Source of the DNA: Ruminococcus sp. CAG:579 | GTDB taxonomy: Archaea; Thermoplasmatota; Thermoplasmata; Methanomassiliicoccales; Methanomethylophilaceae | Reading direction: 5' to 3' | NCBI GenBank assembly: GCA_963650175.1 | Contig: CAVJLK010000003.1 | Location: 8,465 to 72,464, forward strand | Length of the DNA: 64,000 nucleotides | In this document: positions 50,815 through 59,622 of the stretch, in pieces | Layout of the letters: each line of letters starts with the position of its first letter | How positions within the stretch are numbered: the first letter of the stretch is position 1 | Position numbers and translations under genes: made by a program | Notes under the pieces: generated by a model | What the model saw: only the letters and a program-made list of their open reading frames with translations | The model's database searches: none | Told to the model about the DNA's origin: nothing

Positions 50815-52428
50815 ATGGCCTTCGTCAATCACCCGAGGATCGCGTTCGAAACGGTCGAGGAGAGGGGATACCAGACCCGCATGGTGGAGCGGTGCGTCAA
50901 AGCGAACACCCTCCTCATCCTCCCGACCGGCCTCGGGAAGACGATAATCGCGGTGAGGATCGCCGCCGAGTTCCTCGACGAGGGCAAGGTGCTCGTCATG
51001 GCGCCCACCAAGCCCCTGGTGGAGCAGCACTTCTCGGAGTTCGAGAGGCTCCTCACGGGGACCAGCGTGTCGATGCTCAACGGCCTGATGAAGGACAGCA
51101 AGCGCGCCGGCATAGTGGAATCCAACGATGTGATCGTCTCCACCCCGCAGACCATCCAGAACGACCTGGAGGCCGGGAGGTACGACCTGTCCGGGTTCTC
51201 GCTGGTGATCTACGACGAGGCGCACCGCGGCCGCGGCGACTACGCGTACGTCGAGGTGGCGAAGCACGTCAGAAAGGGCGCCAGGAGCGTCGGCATGACC
51301 GCCTCCCCCGGGAGCAGCATCGACAGGATCGAGGAGGTCTGCCTGAACCTCAACCTCAGACGCATCGACATGCGCACCGAGAACGACCCCGACGTGTCCC
51401 CGTTCATTCATGATACTTACATCAACAGGATCGAGGTCTCGCTCCCTTCCGACATCCGGGACATATCCGCCCTGCTGAAGGTGATGCTCGACCACTACTA
51501 CTCGGAGCTCTGCAGCCTGGGGCTGGCGTCCAAGAGGGTCATGCCGTCCAAGGGATACCTGCTGAGCATAGGCGACTCCCTGCAGAAGAGGATCTCCGCC
51601 GGCGGAAAGAGCGGGGTGGTCTTCAAGGGACTGAGCGTCAACAAGACCTGCATACAGCTCCTGGAGGCGATCAACAAGGTGGAATCCGAGGGGACCACCG
51701 TGCTGAGGAGGTACCTGGAGAGGCTGGAGGCCGAGGCGGCGCAGGAGAAGGGCGGGAAGGCCGCCCAGGCGATAGTCCGCAGGGACGAGTACGCCGCCGT
51801 GAAGATGATCCTCGACAGGACGGACGTGGAGCATCCCAAGGTCTCCAGGGTGATGTCCCTGGTGAGCCGGACCCTGCAGTCCAGCCCGGAGTCCAAGGTC
51901 CTGGTCTTCGCGCAGTTCAGGGACACCTGCGAGATGCTCGCGGAGAAGCTGTCCGGAATACCGGAGGCCAGGGTGAGCATGCTCATCGGCCAGTCAAAGG
52001 GCGGTCTGAAGCAGAAGGAGCAGGTCTCGCTGCTGGACGGGTTCAGGAGCGGACGGTCCAACGTGCTCGTGTCAACCTCGGTCGGCGAGGAGGGATTGGA
52101 TGTGTCCAATACGGATGCGGTGGTGTTCTACGAGCCCGTGCCTTCGGAGATCAGGACGATCCAGCGCCGTGGGAGGACCGGCAGGAAGAGCGACGGGGAC
52201 GTGTACATGCTGATCGCCAAGGACACCGTCGACGAGGCCTTCGAGAGGTCCAGCATCCGCAAGGAGCAGAGCATGAGGGAGAACCTCGAGAGGCTCAGCG
52301 AGCGCCTCAGCAGGGGGATGACCCTGGGCGACGGCGGGCAGAGGAAGCTCGACGGATACCGATGCGATCCGGGAGGAATCGCCGGAACCCGCGTGGATCG
52401 GGGCGTATTTCGGGGCCTTGGAATTTAA
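50815..52428 (+). CDS. hef: Hef/FANCM-family SF2 helicase (helicase domains only, no XPF nuclease domain)
   Basis: Motif I LPTGLGKT, motif II YDEAHR, motif III MTASPG, and motif VI QRRGRTGR. 537 aa. Confidence 0.85.
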   Translation: MAFVNHPRIAFETVEERGYQTRMVERCVKANTLLILPTGLGKTIIAVRIAAEFLDEGKVLVMAPTKPLVEQHFSEFERLLTGTSVSMLNGLMKDSKRAGIVESNDVIVSTPQTIQNDLEAGRYDLSGFSLVIYDEAHRGRGDYAYVEVAKHVRKGARSVGMTASPGSSIDRIEEVCLNLNLRRIDMRTENDPDVSPFIHDTYINRIEVSLPSDIRDISALLKVMLDHYYSELCSLGLASKRVMPSKGYLLSIGDSLQKRISAGGKSGVVFKGLSVNKTCIQLLEAINKVESEGTTVLRRYLERLEAEAAQEKGGKAAQAIVRRDEYAAVKMILDRTDVEHPKVSRVMSLVSRTLQSSPESKVLVFAQFRDTCEMLAEKLSGIPEARVSMLIGQSKGGLKQKEQVSLLDGFRSGRSNVLVSTSVGEEGLDVSNTDAVVFYEPVPSEIRTIQRRGRTGRKSDGDVYMLIAKDTVDEAFERSSIRKEQSMRENLERLSERLSRGMTLGDGGQRKLDGYRCDPGGIAGTRVDRGVFRGLGI

Positions 52429-52643
52429 GGTCCTAAGTTTTAGTTAGAGCTTTGCACAAATGATACCCGCTCCGATTAGCTTATATTATGATGAAGACAA
52501 ACACCCTCCAGCCACGCATTTCGTGGCCATGGAGCAAGAAATGAAGAGAAGAAGGAAGACAAGGAAGCAAGATGCGGAAAGCGAATCAAGAGCCGCAAGC
52601 GTTATCAACGACTCCGCCTATGCGAACGTGAGAGGTCATCCAA

Positions 52644-53249
52644 ATGGCAACCAAATCGTTCTACGAGGACATGGTCATCGATACGCCCGAGAAAGCGGCT
52701 GCCATCGAGGAGGTGTACACTCACCCGGAGAAGTACACGTACCACTGCACCGGAAAGCTCAACTTCAGGTGGGCCACCAAAGAAGAGCTGGACAGGCTCA
52801 TGGCACCGTACATCGAGAAGGAGGATGACTCTGGAGATGACAACAACAAGACCGAGCATGACGTCTCTGTCCGAGTTGATCCAGGCTTACGGCGAGCCAG
52901 CCGTCAACGGGTTGATCCAGGGCTACATATCCGCTCACGAAAAAGAGAACCCCGAGATCTCAGCCTATCTTCGCGAGAACGCAATCTCGATGGAGAAGAG
53001 GGACCTGTCCAGGACGTACATCAGCCTCACAGCGGATCTGAAAATCATGGGCTTCGTCACGATCGGCATCAAGTGTATGACGATCCCGGACGAGAATCTC
53101 CTGAGCAACAGCGTACTGAAGCGCATGAACGTCGAATTCGAGACGCGTGTCGCTCAGGCGTTCCTACTCGGACAGCTGTCCCGTTCCAATGTATCCGCTC
53201 CCGGTCAGGGCAAGGAGTTCATGGCATTCGCATTGGAGATGCTGGGTGA
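52644..53249 (+). CDS. Small conserved protein, copy 1 (candidate partner/antitoxin of the GNAT gene). The conserved part is aa 1-~65, but the ORF runs on into the GNAT gene.
   Basis: MATKSFYEDMVIDTPEKAAAIEEVYTHPEKYTYHCTGKLNFRWATKEELDRL. A second copy at 53572 differs in the first ~45 codons only at synonymous positions. Confidence 0.55.
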   Translation: MATKSFYEDMVIDTPEKAAAIEEVYTHPEKYTYHCTGKLNFRWATKEELDRLMAPYIEKEDDSGDDNNKTEHDVSVRVDPGLRRASRQRVDPGLHIRSRKREPRDLSLSSRERNLDGEEGPVQDVHQPHSGSENHGLRHDRHQVYDDPGRESPEQQRTEAHERRIRDACRSGVPTRTAVPFQCIRSRSGQGVHGIRIGDAG

Positions 53250-53391
53250 AGTCAAGAAGATCGTCGGGTGCAGAGTGATCCGTCTGGATTGCAAAGACGA
53301 CCTGGTCAAGTACTACGAAAGCGTGGGATTCCACCTTGTCGGAAAGAACAAGGACAAGGATCTGAACCAGATGATCGGATTCATCGAGTGA
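52825..53391 (+). CDS. GNAT-family N-acetyltransferase resembling TacT/AtaT-type toxins
   Basis: QAFLLGQLSRSNVSAPGQGKEFMAFALEMLGEVKKIVGCRVIRLDCKDDLVKYYESVGF is the acetyl-CoA-binding core (Q/R-x-x-G-x-G/A). The size of ~175-188 aa fits. The alternative ATG at 52858 is possible. Confidence 0.7.
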   Translation: MTLEMTTTRPSMTSLSELIQAYGEPAVNGLIQGYISAHEKENPEISAYLRENAISMEKRDLSRTYISLTADLKIMGFVTIGIKCMTIPDENLLSNSVLKRMNVEFETRVAQAFLLGQLSRSNVSAPGQGKEFMAFALEMLGEVKKIVGCRVIRLDCKDDLVKYYESVGFHLVGKNKDKDLNQMIGFIE

Positions 53392-53437
53392 CTGGATCCA
53401 GTCCTCGATCCAAAACCAAGTGCGTCGAAAACGCTCC

Positions 53438-53478
53438 GAGGCATGGCTTCATTCGAGAACCATGCCTCAAACCTTTTC
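53438..53478 (+). terminator. Hairpin after the GNAT gene
   Basis: GAGGCATGG-13 nt-CCATGCCTC (9-bp perfect stem), followed by AAACCTTTTCC. Confidence 0.5.
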
Positions 53479-53571
53479 CACATACGTATTCAAATGGAAA
53501 CGCGTACAAATGATGTATAATCATAAACATTATCAACTACCCGAATGGTTCTAGGACAAGAGGCCGTCATA

Positions 53572-53811
53572 ATGGCAACCAAATCGTTCTACGAGGACAT
53601 GGTCATCGACACACCTGAGAAAGCAGCTGCAATCGAGGAAGTATACACTCATCCGGAGAAGTACACATACCACTGCACTGGAAAACTCAACTTCAGATGG
53701 GCCACCAGGGAGGAGATGGATCGGTTTGTGGCGAAGCACATCAAACAGAGAGATGACTCTGGACAACAACACAATCAAACGCGACCCCATTCCGAACGAC
53801 GGATCCAATGA
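53572..53811 (+). CDS. Small conserved protein, copy 2 (79 aa, orphan)
   Basis: MATKSFYEDMVIDTPEKAAAIEEVYTHPEKYTYHCTGKLNFRWATREEMDRF. It keeps the ATGACTCTGGA that starts the GNAT ORF in copy 1, but only a 33-codon remnant follows. Confidence 0.55.
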   Translation: MATKSFYEDMVIDTPEKAAAIEEVYTHPEKYTYHCTGKLNFRWATREEMDRFVAKHIKQRDDSGQQHNQTRPHSERRIQ

Positions 53812-53850
53812 TGTTGGCGAACGAGGTCGCGATCCCTTTCAATTTGTATA

Positions 53851-53871
53851 AAGGGGCCGGAGCCCCTGTTT
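53851..53871 (-). terminator. Hairpin element 5 nt after the porB stop, identical to 44503..44523
   Basis: aaGGGGCcggaGCCCCtgttt, 21/21 identical to the copy downstream of the glnQ-like gene. Confidence 0.45.
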
Positions 53872-53876
53872 GATAA

Positions 53877-54824
53877 TCAGAGCTGGGACAGCTTGATGAG
53901 CTTGTTCCAGCGCCTGTCGACCTCGGCCTGGTAGGCCTCGACGACGGGCTCCCACCTCTCCTGCATGAGGTGCTTGAACCTCCCCTGGGAGGAGAGCCAG
54001 TCCATGACGGGTTTCTTCTCGGCCTTGCCGTCCGCGATCCTGGCGCTCTCGGCGGTGAGGGTGTACTCGCCGTCGACGACCTCGAACAGAGGCCAGACGC
54101 AGGTCTCGACGGCCAGCTTGGCCATCTCGATGGTCCTGTCGGACGGGAACCTCCATCCCCTCGGGCACGGAGAGATGGCGTTGATGAACGCGGGCCCGTT
54201 CGCCTCGAACCCCTTGGAGGCCTTGGTGACCGTGTCCCTCCAGTTGTGGGGGGAGACCTGGGCGACGTAGGGGATGTTGTGAGCGACCATGACCGCGGTC
54301 ATGTCCTTGGAGTTCTCCTTCTTCCCGGCCTGGACGGTACCCGCCCAGGAGGTGGTCGTGGAGGCTCCGAGGGTGGTCGCGGAGGACCTCTGGATCCCGG
54401 TGTTCATGTACGCCTCGTTGTTGAGGCAGACGTACATCATCCTGTGCCCCCTCTCCATCGCTCCGGACAGGGCCTGGAGTCCGATGTCGTAGGTGGCGCC
54501 GTCGCCGGCGAAGTTCACGAACTTGATCTCCTCCTGGATCTTGCCCTTCTTCTTCAGGGCGTTGTACGCCGTCTCGAGGCCGGCGCAGGTGGCCGCCCCG
54601 TTCCCGAAGGCGGTGTGGATGTACGGGGTGTTCCAGGACGTGTACGGGAACACGGTGGTAGACACCTCGATGCAGCCGGTCGACAGGGACACGGCGACGT
54701 CGTCGGACGTCCCCATGAGGATCTGCTTGGCGATGATCGACTCCGCGCATCCGGCGCAGAGCCTGTGACCGCTGGCCAGCCTGACGGGCAGCTTGTTGAG
54801 CTCCTTGAGAGACATGGAGGTCAT
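53877..54824 (-). CDS. porB: Pyruvate:ferredoxin oxidoreductase beta subunit (TPP-binding)
   Basis: Starts at MTSMSLKELNKLP. CAGCAE, and GDGATYDIGLQALSGAMERG (the TPP GDG motif). Confidence 0.9.
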   Translation of the reverse strand: MTSMSLKELNKLPVRLASGHRLCAGCAESIIAKQILMGTSDDVAVSLSTGCIEVSTTVFPYTSWNTPYIHTAFGNGAATCAGLETAYNALKKKGKIQEEIKFVNFAGDGATYDIGLQALSGAMERGHRMMYVCLNNEAYMNTGIQRSSATTLGASTTTSWAGTVQAGKKENSKDMTAVMVAHNIPYVAQVSPHNWRDTVTKASKGFEANGPAFINAISPCPRGWRFPSDRTIEMAKLAVETCVWPLFEVVDGEYTLTAESARIADGKAEKKPVMDWLSSQGRFKHLMQERWEPVVEAYQAEVDRRWNKLIKLSQL

Positions 54825-55984
54825 ACCTTCACCCCCAGGTAGGTGAGGCGCTGGGCCTCGCCGGAGGCGATCGCCTCCATCATCTTCCTGAAGCCGGACA
54901 CGGTGGCGTCGGCGCCTCCGAGCCCGTAGATCACGTTGTACATCTTCGGCATCTCCTGGTTGAGCGTGGCCGCGGTCACGACCTCGGGGAACATCGGGCC
55001 GTAGGCCCCGATGCTCAGGTGCTTGTCGAACACGGCGACGCCCTTCTTGCCCTTGAGGACCTTCGCGAGCGCCTCCTCGGGCCAGGGCCTGTAGACGTGG
55101 GGCATGCAGCACCCGGCCTTGATGCCCTTCTCCCTCAGCTGGTCGACGGTCTCCTTCATGGTTCCGTAGGAGGAACCCAGGATGACCGCGACGTACTCGG
55201 CGTCTTCGCACCTGTACTCGTCGACCAGGTGGTACTCCCTGCCGGTGAGCTCGGCGAATTCGGCAAACACGTCCTCGGCGACCTTCAGGGCCTCCTTCAT
55301 GGCCAGCTCGGACTGAACCTTGTGCGGGTAGTAGAAGTCCGGGCCGTCCATGTTCCCGTGGGAGACGGGGTGCTTCACGTCGAGCAGGGGGTAGAGGGGC
55401 TCGAACTCCTTGACGAAGGCCTTGACCTCGGCGGTGTCGAGCATCGTCATCCTCTCGATAGCATGCGTGAGGATGAACCCGTCCAGGTTCACGATGCACG
55501 GCAGCTGGACGTCGCGGTGCTCCGCGATGCGGGGCGCGACGATCGAGTTGTCGTACGCCTGCTGGACGTTCTCGGAGAACAGCTGGATCCATCCCGTGTC
55601 GCGGGCGGACATGGCGTCCCCGTGGTCGTTGTTGATGTTGATCGGTCCGCTGACGGCCCTGTTGGCCACGGCCATGATGAGCGGGACGCGCATGGCGGCG
55701 GTGATGGGGAGCATCTCCCACATGTAGGCCAATCCTTGAGAGGCGGTGGCGGTGAAAGTCCTGGCTCCGGCGGAGCAGGACGAGGTGCACAGCGTGAGGG
55801 CGGAGTGCTCGGACTCGACGCACACGAACTCCGTGGACACCTCGCCGTTCGCCACGTACTCGGCGAACTTCTCGACTATGATGGTCTGGGGCGTGATCGG
55901 GTAGGCCGCGCACACGTCCGGGTCGATCTGCTTCCATGCCAGTGCGACCGCGTTGTCTCCGTTGATTGCGATGTCGTGTGCCAT
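54821..55984 (-). CDS. porA: Pyruvate:ferredoxin oxidoreductase alpha subunit
   Basis: Starts at MAHDIAINGDNAVALAWKQIDPDVCAAYPITPQT. 387 aa, with a 4-nt overlap on porB. Confidence 0.9.
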   Translation of the reverse strand: MAHDIAINGDNAVALAWKQIDPDVCAAYPITPQTIIVEKFAEYVANGEVSTEFVCVESEHSALTLCTSSCSAGARTFTATASQGLAYMWEMLPITAAMRVPLIMAVANRAVSGPININNDHGDAMSARDTGWIQLFSENVQQAYDNSIVAPRIAEHRDVQLPCIVNLDGFILTHAIERMTMLDTAEVKAFVKEFEPLYPLLDVKHPVSHGNMDGPDFYYPHKVQSELAMKEALKVAEDVFAEFAELTGREYHLVDEYRCEDAEYVAVILGSSYGTMKETVDQLREKGIKAGCCMPHVYRPWPEEALAKVLKGKKGVAVFDKHLSIGAYGPMFPEVVTAATLNQEMPKMYNVIYGLGGADATVSGFRKMMEAIASGEAQRLTYLGVKV

Positions 55985-55986
55985 GC

Positions 55987-56262
55987 TCACTCCTCCTTCA
56001 TCGTTATGGCGCCCTTCGGGCAGACGCGGGCGCAGATCCCGCATCCCTTGCAGTGGCTCATCTTGATGCCGGACATCTTGTCGTCCCTGAACACTATGCT
56101 GTTGTCCGGGCAGTATATCCAGCAGGTGTAGCAGTCTATGCACTTGTCCTGGTCCACGACCGGGACGTAGCTCCTCCAGTCGCCGGTGGCGAAGTTCTCG
56201 GAGGAACCGGGCTTGATGATCCTGCCGCCCACGACCAGGTCCTTGATGTTTGCCATTGCCAT
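55987..56262 (-). CDS. porD: Pyruvate:ferredoxin oxidoreductase delta subunit (2x[4Fe-4S])
   Basis: CIDCYTCWIYCP and CKGCGICARVCP motifs. 91 aa. Confidence 0.9.
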   Translation of the reverse strand: MAMANIKDLVVGGRIIKPGSSENFATGDWRSYVPVVDQDKCIDCYTCWIYCPDNSIVFRDDKMSGIKMSHCKGCGICARVCPKGAITMKEE

Positions 56263-56263
56263 G

Positions 56264-56830
56264 TCACTGCACCTCGCTGTACCCTCTCTTGAGGGCGGAG
56301 AGATTCTTGACGATCACCTTGTCGGCCAGCTTGCCGGTGAACTTGTTGGTGATCTGGTCCTCGAGCATGTCGTAGGGCACCAGATCGGCCGATTTCACGA
56401 GCGCTCCGAGCATGACCGTGTTGACCATGGGCTTGCCGATCTCGTCTATGGCGATCCTGTTGGCGTCGAGCGTGTGGCACTCGACCTCGGTACCGAGGGC
56501 GGCCTGGAGCTCGGCCGGGGATCCGGAGTAGTTGGCCACCACGACGGAGTCCTTCTTGAGCCCGCGGGTGACGTCGACCTTCCCGACGAGGGTCCCGTCC
56601 ATGATGACGACCACGTCGGGCTCGTACACCTGGCTGTGCACCCTGATGGGCTGGTCGGAGATCCTGGTGAAGCCCCTGATGGGGGCGCCCATCCTCTCCG
56701 GTCCGAATTCGGGGAACGCCTTGACGTACTTGCCTGAGGCAATGGCGGTCTCGGCCAGGATCTCGTTCGCCGTGACGAGGCCCTGCCCTCCCCTGCCGTG
56801 CCAACATAGTTCCATGTGCATTGGTACCAC
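56264..56830 (-). CDS. porG: Pyruvate:ferredoxin oxidoreductase gamma subunit
   Basis: HGRGGQGLVTANEILAETA...FPEFGPERMGAP. The likely start is MELCWHG at 56815. Confidence 0.9.
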   Translation of the reverse strand: MVPMHMELCWHGRGGQGLVTANEILAETAIASGKYVKAFPEFGPERMGAPIRGFTRISDQPIRVHSQVYEPDVVVIMDGTLVGKVDVTRGLKKDSVVVANYSGSPAELQAALGTEVECHTLDANRIAIDEIGKPMVNTVMLGALVKSADLVPYDMLEDQITNKFTGKLADKVIVKNLSALKRGYSEVQ

Positions 56831-57128
56831 TTTGGGGTTCCGTATGGGCGCTTTCTTTTAAAGCCTTCGTCATAAGCGATGGCCAGATTGACGGTTGGAG
56901 GAGGAATCCATCGATTTATCGAGATAATTCGTAGGAATATTACGAATATCGTATGCAATCCTGCGATAAGCACCGCGGGCCCGCCCATCCTCCCCCGCAC
57001 CGCGCATGCTGGCTCTCCCCCGCCGCTCCCGGGCGCGACGGAAATCATTTAGAAGGCAAAGGGATTCGGAGAGACAGTCACGGCATGCATGCCGATCCAA
57101 ACCGCTTGCAGGACACGGGGAGTTCCCA

Positions 57129-59453
57129 ATGGACAGAAAAATTGTGGATGTAAACGAACTGCACGTCGACGATATACCGATAGTCGGAGGGAAGGGCGCC
57201 AACCTCGGCGAGCTCACCAACGCCGGTTTCCCCGTTCCGGAGGCGTTCGTCCTCACTACCGAATCCTACGACTACTTCGTCACCAGCGGGAAGCTCATGC
57301 CCAAGGTGGAGGAGAAGCTCGCCGAGATCGACAGGAGCTCGGACGACAGCCTCGCCAAGGCCTCCGCCGAGATCAGGGAGATCTTCGAGATCTGCCCCAT
57401 ACCCAAGGACCTCATGAAGGACATCTCCTCCAGGTACAGGCTCCTTGTGCCCAAAGGGAAGGTCGGGTTCGTGGCGGTCAGATCCAGCGCCACCGCGGAG
57501 GACCTCCCGGACGCCAGCTTCGCCGGGCAGCAGGAGACCTACCTCAACGTGAAGGACGAGGAGGACCTGTTCGACAAGATCAGGAAATGCTGGTCGTCCC
57601 TCTTCACAGCCAGAGCCATAGCGTACCGCGAGAAGCAGGGCTACTCCCACAGCGACGTCAAGCTCGCCGTGGTCGTCCAGAGGATGGTCAACTCCGAGTT
57701 CTCCGGCATCATGTTCACCGTGGACCCCAACAGCGGGGCCAAGCAGATCGTCATCGAAGGTGGCTACGGTCTCGGAGAGGCCATCGTCGGAGGGGAGGTC
57801 ACCCCGGATACCTACGTGGTCGACAAGCAGAAGATGGAGATCATCAAGAGGAGGATCTCCACCCAGACCTGGAAGTACATCCGCGGCAAGAACGGCGGGG
57901 TCGAGAAGGAGAACATGCCCAAGGCGATGGTCAAAGCGCAGAAGATCGCCGACAGCAAGGTCCAGGAGATCGCCGAGATCGGGAGGCAGATCGAGATCCA
58001 CTACGAGAAGCCCATGGACATGGAGTGGTGCATCGAGGACGACAAGGTCTACATCGTGCAGGCCAGGCCGATCACCGCCACCGGGAACTCCGCGACCAAC
58101 GAGTCCGTGGGGAACGCCGCATCCAGCGAGGACATCCTGACCAGCGGCCTCGGGGCGAGCCCGGGACTGGCGACCGGGAGGGTCGTCATCTACGACATCA
58201 GCATGAGCCTCGACACCATCAAGGAGGGCGACGTCCTGGTCACCAAGATGACCATGCCCGACATGGTCCCCGCCATGAGCAGGGCCGCCGGGATCGTGAC
58301 CGACGAAGGAGGCATGACCTGCCACGCGGCGATCATCTCCAGGGAGCTGGGGACCCCGTGCGTCGTCGGGACCGGCAACGCCACCGAGATCCTGAAGGAC
58401 GGCATGGAGGTCACCGTGGACGGGACCACCGGGACCGTGTACAAGGGAGCGCTCAAGAAGGCGTCCCCCGAACAGGAGGAGTCCTCGGGAGTCTCCTGCG
58501 GCGTCTGCGCCGAGTACGTCCCCATCACGGGCACCAAGGTCATGGTCAACATGTCCATGCCCGCCAAGGCCGAGGAGGTCGCCAAGCTCCAGTGCGACGG
58601 CGTCGGACTGATGCGCAGCGAGTTCCTGTTCACCAACTACATCGGCGAGCACCCCTGCGCGGTCATCGAGGACGGCAGGGCCGACGAGCTCGTCGACAAG
58701 CTCGCCGAGGGCATCTCGAAGGTCTGCAGGGCGTTCTACCCCAGGCCGATCACCCTCCGCACTTCAGACTTCAAGACCAACGAGTACCGCGACATGAAGG
58801 GCGGCGCCGACTACGAGCCGAACGAGGACAACCCCATGATCGGATGGAGGGGCTGCTCCAGGTACGTCTCCGACTCCTATAGGGAGGCGTTCATGTGCGA
58901 GCTCAGGGCCATCAAGAAGGTCAGGGACGAGATGGGCTTCAAGAACCTCAACATGATGCTCCCGTTCGTCCGCACCATCGAGGAGGTCCAGGACATCACC
59001 GAGATGATGAGGTCCATCGGTCTCAGGCGCGGCAGGGACTTCAAGCTCTACTTCATGGCCGAGGTCCCCGTGAACATCTTCATGGCGGACGAGTTCTGCA
59101 AGTACTGCGACTGGTTCTCTATCGGATCCAACGACCTGACGCAGCTCACCATGGGATGCGACAGGGACTCGGACATCCTGGGCCACATGGGATACTTCGA
59201 CGAGAGGCAGGACGGGGTGAAAAGGGCCATCGCGCAGCTCATAAAGGTCGCCCACGCCAACGGGAAGCACGTCAGCATCTGCGGGCAGGCCCCTTCCGTC
59301 TACCCGGAGTTCACCGAGTTCCTAGTGGAGCAGGGCATAGACTGCATCTCCCTGAACCCGGACACGTTCAACAAGACCAAGAGGATCATCGCCTCCGCCG
59401 AGCAGAGGGTCATCCTCAGGGACCTGAGGGAGCTCAGGAACAGGTCGGAGTGA
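57129..59453 (+). CDS. ppsA: Phosphoenolpyruvate synthase (pyruvate, water dikinase)
   Basis: Starts at MDRKIVDV...VGGKGANLGEL. It has the phosphohistidine region GGMTCHAAIISRELGTPCVVG and a C-terminal PEP-utilising TIM barrel (GIGSNDLTQ-type: FSIGSNDLTQL). Confidence 0.95.
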   Translation: MDRKIVDVNELHVDDIPIVGGKGANLGELTNAGFPVPEAFVLTTESYDYFVTSGKLMPKVEEKLAEIDRSSDDSLAKASAEIREIFEICPIPKDLMKDISSRYRLLVPKGKVGFVAVRSSATAEDLPDASFAGQQETYLNVKDEEDLFDKIRKCWSSLFTARAIAYREKQGYSHSDVKLAVVVQRMVNSEFSGIMFTVDPNSGAKQIVIEGGYGLGEAIVGGEVTPDTYVVDKQKMEIIKRRISTQTWKYIRGKNGGVEKENMPKAMVKAQKIADSKVQEIAEIGRQIEIHYEKPMDMEWCIEDDKVYIVQARPITATGNSATNESVGNAASSEDILTSGLGASPGLATGRVVIYDISMSLDTIKEGDVLVTKMTMPDMVPAMSRAAGIVTDEGGMTCHAAIISRELGTPCVVGTGNATEILKDGMEVTVDGTTGTVYKGALKKASPEQEESSGVSCGVCAEYVPITGTKVMVNMSMPAKAEEVAKLQCDGVGLMRSEFLFTNYIGEHPCAVIEDGRADELVDKLAEGISKVCRAFYPRPITLRTSDFKTNEYRDMKGGADYEPNEDNPMIGWRGCSRYVSDSYREAFMCELRAIKKVRDEMGFKNLNMMLPFVRTIEEVQDITEMMRSIGLRRGRDFKLYFMAEVPVNIFMADEFCKYCDWFSIGSNDLTQLTMGCDRDSDILGHMGYFDERQDGVKRAIAQLIKVAHANGKHVSICGQAPSVYPEFTEFLVEQGIDCISLNPDTFNKTKRIIASAEQRVILRDLRELRNRSE

Positions 59454-59575
59454 GTGCTCCGACGGGGCGGGAACGCCCCTTCAACCTCTTCCCCGTCCGG
59501 CGACGGACGGGTTCTCTTCTGTTTTCCGTGCGACTCCTTCGGGAGGGCATCGCATCGATATTCAGGAAACGTCGG

Positions 59576-59621
59576 GTTGATACCGATGAAATCGTCGGGT
59601 TGATACCGATGAAATCGTCGG
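59576..59621. repeat. 23-nt tandem direct repeat x2 (plus a partial third copy upstream) abutting the ATPase gene start
   Basis: gttgataccgatgaaatcgtcgg occurs at 59576..59598 and 59599..59621. It is preceded by a partial aaacgtcgg. Confidence 0.8.
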
Positions 59622-59622
59622 G

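Noticed and set aside
52460-52828. 122-aa ORF upstream of and overlapping the first small partner ORF
   Set aside because: Its composition is unconvincing, it overlaps the conserved MATKSF... ORF in another frame, and it is not duplicated with copy 2.
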